This document shows positions 10,205 to 22,780 of a stretch of DNA of 64,000 nucleotides, in pieces (the stretch's first letter is position 1; each line of letters opens with the position of its first letter). The notes beneath the pieces are model-generated. The model was given only the letters and a program-made list of their open reading frames with translations, did not search any database and was not told the DNA's origin. Made by a program: the position numbers and the translations under genes. The stretch comes from Okamejei kenojei. Taxonomy: Eukaryota. The stretch covers positions 52,948,001 to 53,012,000 of the forward strand of contig CM069146.1 of the NCBI GenBank assembly GCA_035221665.1. The letters run 5' to 3'.

Positions 10205-12832
10205 TTTCAGAGCGTCCTTTGCAAGAGATTTTGAACAGTATTCTTCACAGTCCGCACAGGATCTAAAAAATAGTTGCTGCTTTTATTGTCTCTGAAACTA
10301 TTAGGTATCCACAAGGAACACATTTTTGTAGGAAACATATAGAATACCGTAATGGATCCCTAGAATGGAAACTTCTTGTTTGCCATGAACTCTCATGATA
10401 GAAACTTCCATGCAGTAAATGTCAAAAATGTCCTTTTTTTTTAACATTGGGAATATGTAAACTGTGTTTGCTGTGTAATACTTGCAACAGCATTGACAGA
10501 TGTATTTGTGGAATTCTCGGGCGTTGAGTTAGAATAGTTGTGGGATGTTTAGAAGTTCTGTCCGTTGTACTGCTTGCTACAGCAAAGCTTTCTTTTATTT
10601 TGTATTTGCAATGTTTACAATAGATTATTATTTTCTTTTATAACCCTTTTCTATTCGTTTTTAGGGCTGATGTATTTGGTGAGGTTTTAGCAAAGTGTAG
10701 ATTTAAAATAAATCTTTTTGACAAGTGGACTTTCCACCCAAGTATTGTGTTGTATTTTTAAAGTTGTAAACTAAAATGTTTTAATTTATTTCAGTTTCTC
10801 GTGCAAGTGGCATTGTTTTGTAAAAAAAAATATTTAATTGAGGGCTCTGTATTCTGGTAGTGTGTCATTCTGTTAATCTTGCTCATATGCTTTCATAAGA
10901 CTCTGTCAGACGTCTTGTTTCGGTTGACAAAACTCCTTCCTTCCTATCCTTTGTTCTACTCTGATCACTTTCCATCTTTTCCCTTTCATCCAGTTTCTGA
11001 TAATTGAAATGAAACTTATCTCTCGCATCCAGTGTTTTGTCACATTGTATCAAGTGGCACGATTTTCAGTCGAATAATCTTTCTGTGTGCATCTACTATC
11101 GTGGCCCGCATCGACTAGATAGTTTCATACATGCATAAAGCGCGCCAGGAACACTCAATGCTCTATGCATGGATGTCTAACAGGGGACTTAAAAGGTTGT
11201 AAGAAATGGGGGAAAGATCATCCATTTGGTAGACATTGAAGACATGATCAAACCAACCAAATGACTCATATTCTATGACCTTTGGAGTGTGGAAGTTGCC
11301 AGTTTTGGTTGTCGAGCGAAACTGATGGCCAAAGAATTCACTGATGAGTCAATTGTTACGTTGGCTGATTCTGTCTAATGTCTCGATGGTATGTCGTTTT
11401 CCTCAATTGTGTTGCAATAAACTTCCTGATTGCATCTTTACATTTTTTTTAACTTTGTTCTGTCCATTCCCGGCACCCCGTTGAGTCCTTGCCCTTTACC
11501 AGTTGTCGGCCATTAATTCCACCATTGGCACAGCATCTCAGTGTGAAAAGGGTTTAGCTTCTGCGGGGCAGGGCTGATCCGAATCACTTTACCATCCTCC
11601 CTGCTGAGAGGCGATGATGTGTATGAGAACAGGTAAAGACGGGGATAATGACAGGCAAAGACAGGGATAATGGAACAACATTTTTGAGTTCCTTTGAGAG
11701 AAAAATGCTTACACTGCAATTGGGCAAAGTAATAAACTGTTGGAAGAACACAGGACTCTAGCCTCGACACAAAATCTCAACCATCTCTTTGCTTCCACAG
11801 ATGCTGCTGGAGCTGTTGAGTTCTTCCAGCAGTTTATATTTTTTTGCACAAGATTCCAGCATTGCAGTTCCATGTGCCTCCATATTCTCCAACCAAGTTC
11901 AGGAACCTTCTTCAGAGATTTTCAGAGTTTCTGCCTTGCACCTTATAGGTACCACATTCCCATACGATTGGCTTAGACTTCAGAATACCTTAATCCAAGG
12001 GCAATCAGGACAATTGCTACCCTTGTATCTCAGTTCTACAACCAGCAAATAATGCTGAATGGTGGCAAATCTAGATAATCGTTTTTAAGTGGGTCGCACT
12101 AATACTTTGTTGTTCCCAGTCATCTCTTGTGTTTTGGATTACTGCCGAGCTATTGTAAATGTCTAAATAAATTAATTGTGTGCAACATTTTGATGCACTC
12201 TATTTGCTTGCATCCATTTTAATGAAGATGCAGACCTTCATTGCATGAAAATTAAATTAAACAATGGACAGAGCTAAATTATGAGCCATTCTGATGGATT
12301 GAAGGCAAAAAGCTGTATTAACATTTCTTCAAAACATTTCTCTTTGAAGATGGTATCTGTGCAATTGAAAATATCAATTGTAAATCTTTCCAATTGGGAC
12401 CAAAGCTAAAGGAAGTTTTATACTTTTCTTACAGTTCAATATGGATATATGCAAGCAAAATAATAGTATATTCTTTTTAAATAAAAATTTGTGTTAAGTA
12501 GCAACTGATAATGACTTTTTTTTCAGCTTCCATCGTATTGTCAGAATACTGTTTCCTGCACATAGCTCAAGTGTTTAACAAACATCAACTGGTTTCAGGT
12601 TATGATTAAATTGTCCTTGCTTATATTCCAAGTTAAGTGAAATTATGCTAAAACTATACCTACAATTGAAATAAATTGCACAAAATACCAATGTGAATCC
12701 TGACACTTTCTGTCATCTTGAAGCAAGTTTAACAAAGGTAATTGTGGTTTGAGAACAGTGACCCACATAGAGTTCCTTACTGTAATATAAGAGAGTCACT
12801 TAATTTGCGAATGCTACTGATGAAGTTAGTAC

Positions 12833-13050
12833 TAAAGAAGGAACTGCAGATGCTGGAGAATCGAGGGTACACAAAAGGCTGGAGAAACTCAGCGGGTGCA
12901 GCAGCATCTAAGGAGCGAAGGAGATAAGCGACGTTTCGGGTCGAGACCCGGAGTCTGAAGAAGGGTCTCGACCCGAAAACGTCGCCTATCACCTTCGCTC
13001 CTTAGATGCTGCTGCACCCGCTGAGTTTCTCCAGCCTTTTGTGTACCCTC
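12833..13050. mobile_element. Penelope-like fold-back (palindromic) element with hammerhead-like core and 14-bp TSD
   Basis: About 90-bp near-perfect inverted arms 12860-12949 and 12963-13053; TSD GATGAAGTTAGTAC at 12819-12832 and 13051-13064; CTGAAGA-A-GGGTCTCGACCC-GAAAAC-GTC at 12955-12983. Confidence 0.8.
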
Positions 13051-15479
13051 GATGAAGTTAGTACGTTGGATGTTAGTAAGAATTATCAGTCAGAATGCTA
13101 CCGAACTACCTCTAGTTACACTGCTCATTAAACAAACCAGTTAGTACTGTGACCGAGTTCTGGAAACGTTATGTTATTACAGAATCCCAGTTCTTTTTCC
13201 TTCATTATTCTTTCTGTTTTCCATTCCCTGCCACTTTCAGAGTTTACCTTAGTTATTTACTTTATTAATACTCCATGTTTTAAATTGTCAACTACTTAAA
13301 AATGGTTGAGGTAAATCCTTTGAGAACTTTAAATTTTAATTTGGAATTCATAAATTATTTTAATCATGCCACGACTTTTTATATAAACGCACATGAACAG
13401 AAACAATCGCTAAGTATGCAATGTTACGTTATTGGATATAATTTTGCTGCATCGGGCTGTTCAGATATCCGTACTTTCGGGAGATTACGTGGATTCTAAT
13501 ATTACTTTCCATGTTCTTTATTTTAATCTCCTTTGAGAAGGAAATTAGGTGACTAAGTCAACTTTGGAATATTATCGCTTCTCAATTTCTTTCTGTCATT
13601 GTATTTAGAGTGGTAGAAACCACTTATTGATTTCAATTTGCTGTAGAAATAGGACAGTTCTTTTACTGTTTTGGAAAGCAGCAGATAGTATTGAATATAT
13701 TGTTGAAGTGCACCATACATTATGTGTACATATACATTCATTTGAAGCAGTATTTTATACGAACATATAGTATATTAATAGGAGTTTGACTGAATCTATC
13801 AACAGCCTACATCTTTAATTTCCGTTGTATATCCTGCTTGGGGTAACGCGATCTGAAATTGGAGCTGTAAATCCATCCAGCGTTTTGGAAGAATAATTTG
13901 AGTGAATGTTGAATTGCAAGGCATGTAGGAATTTTCAGGCATGCAAATACAGCGAGATAATTTAACCTTTCCTCACAAGTGGTAAACACGCTGGTTTGGG
14001 TTAGCTGTCAATTTTGTATCCCATCTGATTTGACACTGTTAATGTGAGCATTTGAATACTTAAGCAGATAGCTTCCTAATCCAACACCAGTCTGCGGATT
14101 AGAACGTACTTTGGATTGGAATTGAGAGGAAGCTCTGATAAAATCTCTTCAAGCCAAGGAGCATAATACTGCTTCCATCAAGAGCTTGTAGCAAGAAACA
14201 GATACCAAAATAATTTCATTGGATAGTGACATTTCTGTTATTTAGCCTTATGGCGGCATGAGCTCCACTGATGAGCACGGAACCCAAGAACCTCTAATAT
14301 TTAAGCACAAGCAGTGAACTCATTACAAATATTTGCATCAATTGTTTTATTTTAAAGCTGTTCCTAGAATTTGCCACTTCCTTCTTGCGGAATTACTTAA
14401 CCTTGCGACAAACCTGAAGCGTTTATCTGAGATTGCACTTTGAAAGAGCTTCCATTATGCAACAGGTTTGAAACGAAAAGCTGTAAAATACAACTTATTA
14501 TTGTGTTTGACGGGTATTTCCGTTTAGTGTGCAGTTTGTTGGCTGAAAAATAATGTAAGTGGGAAGAGACATGTGGCATAATTACACCCGTGAAGTCCGT
14601 AAGTATGACAACTTTGTTAAATAATTGTTATGGGATCAGATTTGTGCGTAGAGTTTCACTTAAAACTCTCCATATACTAGTTTCTGTTCCAGTTATAGTG
14701 GATTGTGTCCTAAATGTGATTTGCGTTGTACTTGAATTTGGTTTGAATTGCATGAGAAGTACAAAATGATACGGATTTTTTTCCTTCCAAAATCTTAGTG
14801 TTTCTTTACAATTTGTGGCAAAATTCAATTGTCTGAAATTTTAGCTATTGTCACGGAACTAAGACTGTATTAACTTTTCCATTGATGCAGCGATATTGAC
14901 CACACCATTAACCCTTCGAGATCTGACAATGCAATTATTGTTATCATGCCCTTTCACAATCTTTGTTTGTGTGGAAATAATTTATGGATTTAAGGTAAGA
15001 GGGGAAAAGTTTAAAGGAGGTGTGCAGAAAACGTTTTTTTCACACCAAGGGTAGTAAGTGCCTGGAACGCGCTGCCAGGGATGGAGGTGGAGTCAGGTAC
15101 AATAGTGGCATTTAAGAGGCTTTTAGACAGGCAAATGGATATGCAGGGAAGGGAAGGATGTGGATCTCATGCAGGCGAAGGAGTTTAGTTTACCTTGGCA
15201 TCATTTTTGGCACAGACACTGAGGGCCGAAAGGTTTGTTCTTGGTCTGTGGCTGGGGCTTTCTGTGTTCACATTACATATCAAGTAACTGGTAAAATTAG
15301 CAACACATTGCAGTAATTTACCCGGAAATGATTTGTGATGCACTTTATGTTATTGTCACATATATACAGAGGCATCAGAAAGGATCAATATGTAGGAAGC
15401 AATGTCAAATAATGTCTTCCAGAGTTTGTCCAAGTCAACGTTCCATAAAATGTATTTGTCCAATTTACAGAACACTTAG

Positions 15480-16178
15480 ACATTTAGGCTTTAGAGATAT
15501 AGTGTCGAAACAGACCCTACAGCCAGCAAGTCCTCGCAAACCATTGATCACCCCGCACGCTGAACCCCTGTCCCACTTAGGAGCCCTAAACAGCAACCTC
15601 TGGTGACCTTGCCCGCCACCCAAGGTTTCCATGAGTTCACCAGAGGTTTTGGTCACTCTCCCTAATGGTCGGAAATGGTTTCCACGTGGTCGAGGCTTCA
15701 TCTAGGTTGCTGCTATTTTTTAATAATGATTAAAACCGGCCTCGACTAAAAATAGGTTGCCGTTTTAAAAATCGATAATTTTTTAGTCGCAGCTCTAGTC
15801 GAAGCCGGTTTTCTTCATAGTCGAGGAAGGTTTTCAACATATGCGTGGGAGGTGGTAGGAGGTTGCAGGTCAACTCGACCTTGATTTTTTTTTGGGTGGC
15901 GGGCAAGGTCACCAGAGGTTGCCGTTTAGGTCTCCTAAGTGGGACAGGGGCTTAACACTATCATACACACTAGGGGCAATTTATTATTTTTACCGAAGCC
16001 AATTAACCTACAAACCTGTCTTTGGAGTGTGGGAGGAAACCGGAGCACCCGGAGAAAACCCACACAGTCACAGGGAGAACATACAAACTCCGTACAGACA
16101 GCTCTCGTAGTCAGGATTGAACCTGGGTCTCTGGCGCTGTACGGCAGCAACTCTACCACTGCGCCACCATGCCGCCCC
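15480..16178 (-). mobile_element. V-SINE interrupted by a MITE
   Basis: SINE tail 15480-15560 continues at 15953 (TAACACTATC...) through the head GCGCCACCATGCCGCCCC. Confidence 0.8.
15563..15952. mobile_element. PIF/Harbinger-type MITE
   Basis: About 58-bp TIRs CCCCTGTCCCACTTAGGAG.CCTAAAC.GCAACCTCTGGTGACCTTGCCCGCCACCCAA; inserted at the TAA of the host SINE. Confidence 0.75.
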
Positions 16179-16439
16179 TTGACGGATTTTTCCATCCGAA
16201 AATGCTTTATTCATAAATTTACAAACATTATTTGGTATCTTTGCATGCCTTCTACTGTATTGCCTAGAATATTTACATTATATGCCACAATCCCCCCCCC
16301 CCCCCCCCCCCCCCCATTATTTCCCCCCATTATCCCCTGAGATTCTGTACGTAGCAGACAGGCCCTAACTGCTGGACAATGTTTGTGGTGCGTGCAGCAA
16401 GCTTCAATGGTTGCCTGAGTCAGCAAGGATCTCGAGGCT

Positions 16440-17468
16440 TTGGAGCGGGCGCTGTAGAGGTTTACCAGGATGTTGCCTGGATTAGAGGGCATTAGCTACA
16501 AGGAGAGTTTGCACAAACATGGATAGATTCTATGGCGTGTCGGAGGCTGAGGGAAGCCCTGACAGACATATACAAAATTATCAGAGGCATAGATAGAGTT
16601 GAGAGTGAGAACCTTCTCCCCAGGGTGGATATGTTGCAGCCTAGGGGGCCTAGGTTTAAGGTGAGGAGGGACAAAGTGGGATAACATAGAACTATTGAGG
16701 GAGTGCTGCGTAGGTTTACACGGTTAATTCCCGAGATTGCAGGACTGTCATATGCTGAGAGAATGGAGCGGCTGGGATTGTACACTCTGGAGTTTAGAAG
16801 GATGAGAGGGTATCTCATTGAAACATATAAGATTGTTAAGGGCTTGGACATGCTAGAGGCAGGAAACATGTTCCCGATGTTGGGGGAGTCCAGAACCAGG
16901 GGCCACAGCTTAAGAATAAGGAGTAAGCCATTTAGAATGGAGACGCGGAAACACTTTTTCTCACAGGGCGGTGGAGGCCGGTTCTCTGGACCTGCACCTA
17001 TTGTCTATTGTCTATTGTCTAACTAGTGTGAATAGGTGATCGATGGTCGGCGTGGACTCTGTGGGCCGAAGGGCCTGTTTCCATGCTGTGTCTCCATGCC
17101 AAAACTAAACTGACCCACATTACAAATTGTCCATCTAGAATGGACAATTTGTCCAGAACCAGGGGCCACAGCCTTAGAATAAAGGGAAGGTCATTTAAGA
17201 CTGAGGTGAGAAAAAACTTTATTACCCAGAGAGTTGTGAATTTATGGAATTCCCTGCCACAGAGGGCTGTGGAGGCCAAATCACTGCATGGATTTAAGAG
17301 AGAGTTGGACAGAGCTCTAGGGACTAGTGGAGTCAAGGGATGGGGGAGAAGGCAGGCACGGGTTATTGATAGCAGACGAACAGCCATGATCACAATGAAT
17401 GGCGGTGCTGGCTCGAAGGGCCGAATGGCCTCCTCCTGCACCTATTTTCTATGTTTCTATGTTTCTAA
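16440..17468 (+). mobile_element. Cluster of nested CR1 3' fragments plus a SINE tail
   Basis: ORFs 16703..17026 (RRFTRLIPEIAGLSYAERMERLGLY...) and 17083..17526 (RTRGHSLRIKG...RVVNLWNSLPQ); tails (TGTCTAT)n at about 17000-17020 and (TTTCTATG)n at about 17445-17468. Confidence 0.85.
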
Positions 17469-17968
17469 TGCCCTGTCTCTTTTAATGGATCTGGACACAC
17501 AGCCATGTGTCGATTCTTTAACGTAAATCTCCAATTGATTTGGTTAAAATAATCCAACTCCACCAATCACTCTCCACTTCGCCTGGCAAGACATAACATT
17601 TGAGGATTGGAACCGGTCAAGGAAAGAGAATAGTTCTTTGCCCACAACTACCACTCTCCAGATCATCATCTACTGATGCTGCAGCTTCAGCACCTCATAT
17701 TGGAAATTTCACGGTACTTCGCACGGAAGAGGCAACTAATTCTTTCTCACAAGGGTGAGTGACATTTTCTTTTATCTCCCACAAAATGGAAATGTCTATT
17801 GTCTCTGGTCCCTGGTCTGAAGTTAGATAGATAGGTTAAATGGCAGAATTCAGATCCGATGGTGGCATTTAAGAGACCTATGGATAGGTACATGGATATG
17901 AAGGGAGACACAAAGTGATGGAGTAACTCAGTCGGTCAGGCAGCATCTCCAGAAAAAAAGGATAGGTG

Positions 17969-18288
17969 GTTTAGTTTAGTTTAGAGATACAGCGTGGAAA
18001 CAGGCTCTTCGGCCCACTGAGTCCTCGCTGACCAGCGATGCCCGCACACTAACAAAATCTTACACACACCAGGAACAATTTACAATTTTACCAAACCAAA
18101 CAGCCTGTAAAGCAGTATGTCTTTGGAGTGTGGGAAGAAATCGGAGCTCCCGAAGGAAACCCACACAGGTCACGGGGAGAACGTACAAACATACAAACTC
18201 CGTGCAGACAGCAGCCGCAGTCAGGATCGAACCCGGGTCTCTGGCGCTGTAAGACAGCAACTCTACCGCTGCGCCACCGTGCCGCCCT
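17969..18288 (-). mobile_element. V-SINE inserted into a Penelope-like fold-back element (arms at about 17906-17968 and 18300-18390)
   Basis: (TTTAG)n tail, V-domain, head GCTGCGCCACCGTGCCGCCC; flanks carry GACACAAAGTGATGGAGTAACTCAG and CTGAGTTACTGCAACACTTTGTGTC. Confidence 0.8.
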
Positions 18289-18624
18289 CGTTTCTAGTCG
18301 CACGTTTCCGGTGACGTTACAGGTCGGAACTCTTCTCAGACTCCGAGATGCTGCCTGACCCGCTGAGTTACTGCAACACTTTGTGTCCATTTTTATACGA
18401 ATGACTAGAAGGGCCACAAGGTCCTATTTTGAAAGATTCCAATAAATTTCATTAATACCATAGACACCAAAGAGAAATGTTACACTGGCACAAATACTGT
18501 GAATGGGCACGAAACTCTATATTTTCTTCAATCTAAATTGTAAGTTAAATTTATTGGCCAAGTATTCACATACAAGGAATTTGCCTTTGTGCTCCACAAC
18601 GTGCTCAGTTTATTTTAACAGTAA

Positions 18625-19148
18625 AGGGCGTGTTCTGCCAGCATGCGGCTGTATGCGGTGAGCACGACCTACCATGGTGGCTTGAGCCGTACGGCCTCGC
18701 AGGGCCGGTTCCACTTCGAACCGCGGAGGCGTCTGGAGTTGTGCGGGGCTGGTCCCGATATCAAACTCACCAATCAGCTGGCTAGGAGGTGGGCCGAGTG
18801 AATTTGGACGTCGCACGGCGTCTGGCGGTGACGTCATCACGCAACGGCACGCCGGGCGGTGATGTCATCGTGCAACGTCACGCTCTGTGTACGGCAACAT
18901 GACGCTGCCTACGACGTTGGGTCGTTGCGCACGTCCTCAATGCAGCTGCGGGCCTGTCGGCCGTTGCCGTGCGGGATTTTGAACACTCTCAGTTCTCCGG
19001 AGCCCCGCGCGACGTCGGGACCAGCTCCGCACAACTCCATGCGCCTCCGACGATCGAAGTGGGACTGGCCACGCGAGGCCGTATGGCTCCAGCGACCACG
19101 GTAGGTCGCGCTCACTGCATGGAGTTGCAAGCTGGTGGGACAGGCCCT
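18625..19148. mobile_element. GC-rich PIF/Harbinger-type MITE with long degenerate TIRs
   Basis: TAA TSD at 18622-18624 and 19149-19151; right end GCTGGTGGGACAGGCCCT; about 135-bp imperfect inverted repeats; internal tandem GGCGGTGA(C/T)GTCATC. Confidence 0.75.
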
Positions 19149-19949
19149 TAAGTCATCAACCAGAGATACCAATGTTGAATGTATCATTTTCTTTTGTTCC
19201 ATATTTAGATTAAAAGAAACATTCTTGATTTTGGAAATCACACAAAACAATACTCTTGTTAAATGACACATCTTAGGCAGACAATGGATTTTCATTTCAT
19301 AAAGAAGCAAAGGGGAATATTGGAATATATTGTGGTAAAGCTCTACCAAACAGTAATCTGAAATGGGTCAGATCATATTAGAAAGATTTTAAGGTTATCG
19401 AGGTAATACAAAAATTAATTTATTTTTGCCTCATGTAGTCACTAGAACAGCCTGTGTGGAGATAAGGATCTAAACAGCTGGGCTGAACTGAACCTCATCT
19501 GCTTAAATCTAGCAGCCTCCTTGATTACAGATCAAAAGCCATCTCTTTAGCTCTCATCAGATTCGCTGCTATGATCTGCAAGATAGTTTTCTTGCAGGCA
19601 AGGTGCCAGTTTGCAACAGACAGATTCTCAAATTTGACTGGAGATGATACATGGATTAGATAGGTCAATTATTCACTTAATCTGCCTTTGGGGGATTAGA
19701 TGGCCATTGATTTTGTCCCTGCATATGCCTTGACCTGAACCGTTATATTGTAGGTCCCATTGGTTTAGTAAGTATTTAATCACAGGGTGATTAGGCTCAT
19801 TGCCAAAGTGTCAACAACTGAACTAATATCAATATGCATACACGACAGAAATACAATTTTACCTCCATAGACCGCTAATGCATATGAATGAAGTCATTGC
19901 TTTGAATTTTTTAATAGTAGTTTTTAAATGTTATCTTTATATGAATGGT

Positions 19950-20170
19950 CGTCACCTTCCCCTAGCTAACAATGATCTATTCTACCTTTTCCCTGAGCCG
20001 CATCCACATTGATCTCTCATTTTCATACCGTACCCTTCCATATCTCCGTGTAACCCTGTCCCCTTGACCGTCAGTCTGAAGACTGGTCTCGACCCGAATC
20101 GTCACCCATTCCTTCCATCCAGAGATGCGACCAGTTCCGCTGAGTTACTCCAGTATTTCGTATCTATCTC
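19950..20170 (+). mobile_element. Penelope-like element 3' fragment (pyrimidine-rich body plus one arm)
   Basis: CAGTCTGAAGACTGGTCTCGACCCGAATCGTCACCCATTCC...CTGAGTTACTCCAG, preceded by about 120 bp of C/T-rich body like that at 26510-26600 and 43585-43670. Confidence 0.6.
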
Positions 20171-20364
20171 TATTTTTTTTCATACTTCTTAAGGCAATTT
20201 AACCTTGAAACCATCTCCATCAACACCCATGGACCACATTTAGGAGTAAAGCCTCTCGATAAATATCGGAAGACTGTTTGATAATGATGTATGTCATTGT
20301 CAAGCCCAGAGATTCTTTTAGGATTTTTTGATTTTTTTTAAACCAAATTGATAACTCAATTCAC

Positions 20365-21592
20365 AGGAACAGGCCCTTCAGCCCATAATATCCACACCAA
20401 TCATGATGCCAAATTAAACTAATCATCTCTGCCTGTGGGTGATCCACATCCCTCTGTTCTCTGCATATCTGTGTAGCTAAAAGCCTCTTAAGTACCCCTA
20501 TTATATTTCCCTCCCCTGGCAGCCCGTACTACACACCCACCCACTCAGTGTAAAAGAAAATTTGCCCTGTACATCTCCTTTAGAATTTTCCCCACCCACA
20601 TTAAAACTACAGCCTCTGAGATTTCCTCCCTGAGAAAAGGTTCTGATCATTTATCCATATCTATGCCTCTCGTACCTTTTAAGACTTCTATCAGGTCTCC
20701 CCTACCCTCCGACGCTCCAGATATAACAATCCAACTTTGTCTGACCTCTTCTTGTAGTAATACCCTCTAATCCCGGCAGCATTCTGGTAAATCTCTTCTG
20801 CACCCTCTCCAGAACTTCCACGTCTTTCCGAATCTGTTTCAACAAATGTTTCTATTTTTAATTCTGCCAATTTTAATGACATTAAATAACTTTGAGCTGT
20901 TAAATTCCTTGTCAGCATTATAGACAATAGACAATAAACAATAGGTGCAGGAGTAGACCATTCGGCCCTTCGAGCCAGCACCGCCATTCAATGTGATCAT
21001 GGCTGATCATCTCCAATCAGTACCCCGTTCCTTCCTTCTCCCCATATCCCCTGACTCTGCCATCTTTAAGAGCCCTATCTAGCTCTCTCTTGAAAGTATC
21101 CAGAGAACCGGCCTCCACCGCCCTCTGAGGCAGAGAATTCCACAGACTCACAACTCTCTGTAAGAAAAAGTGTTTCCTCGTCTCCGTTCTAAATGGCTTA
21201 TCCCTTATTCTTAAACTGGCCCCTGGCTCTGAACTCCCCCAACATCAGGAACATGTTTCCTGCCTCTAGCGTGTCCAAACCCTTAACAATCTTCTATGTT
21301 TCAATAAGATACCCTCTCATCCTTCTAAACTCCAGAGAGTACAAGCCCAGCCGCTCCATTCTCTCAGCGTATGACAGTCCCGCCATACCGGGAATAAACC
21401 TTGTGAACCTACGCTGCACTCCCTCAATAGCAAGAATGTCCTTCCTCAAATTAGGGGACCAAAACTGCACACAATAGTCCAGGTGTGGTCTCACTAGGGC
21501 CCTGTCCAACTGCAGAAGGACCTCTTTGCTCCTATACTTGACTCCTCTTGTTATAAAGGCCAACATGCCATTCACTTTCTTCACTGCCTGCT
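20365..21592 (-). mobile_element. Two CR1 LINE fragments (older 20365-20810; younger 20918-21592)
   Basis: ORF 21294..21584 (-) KVNGMLAFITRG...LVRPHLDYCVQFWSP; tail (ATAGACA)n at about 20918. Confidence 0.85.
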
Positions 21593-21723
21593 GTCATGCA
21601 CAGTTCTGTCCCAAGCTTTGCCTGAGAGGACCATTCTGTGGGAGGAGGTGGAGAGTGGGGGTGGGGCCTCACCACTACACTGGGTGAGTCTACATGACCA
21701 CCCTACCCTAGGATTAGAGCGTA

Positions 21724-22003
21724 GGAGGCACGGTGGTGCAGCGGTAGAGTTGCTGCCTTGCAGCGCCAGAGACCTGGGATCGATCCTGACCACGGGTTCT
21801 GACAGTACAGAGTTTGTACGTACTCCCCATGATCTGCGTGGGTTTTCACTGGCTGTTCAGGTTTGTAGGTTAATTTGCTTCGGTAAAATTGTAAATTGTC
21901 ACTAGTGTGTGTAGAATAGTGTTAATGTGCGAGGATCACTGGTCGGCACAGACTCGATGGGCCGAAGGGCCTGTTTACCCGCTGTATCTCCAAACTGAAC
22001 TAA
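21724..22003 (+). mobile_element. V-SINE copy
   Basis: GGCACGGTGGTGCAGCGGTAGAGTTGCTGCC head; tail GGGCCGAAGGGCCTGTTT...CTCCAAACTGAACT. Confidence 0.8.
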
Positions 22004-22168
22004 AGTAAGTGAGATCTGCTCTCTCTTCTGCCACCACAAGTGTGTTTACCAGGAAAGTCCAACAAGACCCAACCCATTTTCAAAGCAAGAATAAAAGATA
22101 GAATACATTTTTAAACATTGAAAGAAAAGTTAACATATTACAATAAATGTAAATATTTGCTATTCTTT

Positions 22169-22269
22169 CGGTAGACACAAAATGCTGGAGTAACTCAGCA
22201 GGACAGGCAGCAACTCTGGAGAGAAGAAATGGGTGAAGTTTCGGGTCGAGACCCTTCTTCAGACCTTTG
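22169..22269 (-). mobile_element. Single-arm Penelope-like element with 10-bp TSD
   Basis: TSD GCTATTCTTT at 22159-22168 and 22270-22279; minus strand reads GTCTGAAGAAGGGTCTCGACCCGAAACTTC. Confidence 0.7.
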
Positions 22270-22276
22270 GCTATTC

Positions 22277-22780
22277 TTTAGTTTTGTTTAGAGATACAGC
22301 ATGGAACCCCCTCGGCCCACCGAGTCCAGACCGACCAACATTCACCCATTCACATTAGTCCTATGTTATCCCATTTTCTCATCCACTGCCAACTTGCACA
22401 GGATAACTTGCGGAAGCCCAATTAACCTACAAACCCGCACGTGTTTGGGATGTGGGTGAACAAAGGAGGAAGATGACTGAACTTTATTGCCTTCCATCAC
22501 AGTGAGGAATGTTGATTCCACTGTTGTGGATGTTTATGTTTTATGTGGCTGTGTTTATTGGGGCTTTGCACTTAGTATGGCAACTCAAATTTCACGGTTC
22601 CAAAGTTGGTTGAGTGACAATAAACGCAAACGTGAACTTGAACTTGAAACCAGGGCACCCGGAGGAAACCCACGCGGTCACCGGGAGAAAAATGCAAACT
22701 CCACACAGACAGCACCCAAGTTCAGGATCAAACCCGGGTCTCTGGCACGGTGTGGCAATAGCTCCACCAGCCGCCCTGCC
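22277..22780 (-). mobile_element. V-SINE with an oppositely oriented LINE-tail-like insert (about 22460-22648)
   Basis: SINE V-domain interrupted after GGGATGTGGG and resumes at AAACCAGGGCACCCGGAGG; the insert ends TGACAATAAA...(CTTGAA)n. Confidence 0.65.

Noticed and set aside
11502-11632. Possible cryptic CADPS exon (CCAG...CAG|GTAAAG)
   Set aside because: 131 nt, not frame-preserving, in-frame TGA in phase 0, and the flanking exons already join into the expected CAPS1 sequence.
18610-19349. GC-rich ORFs of 60-146 aa
   Set aside because: Overlap a TIR-bounded MITE; open frames reflect high GC content and I see no recognisable domain.
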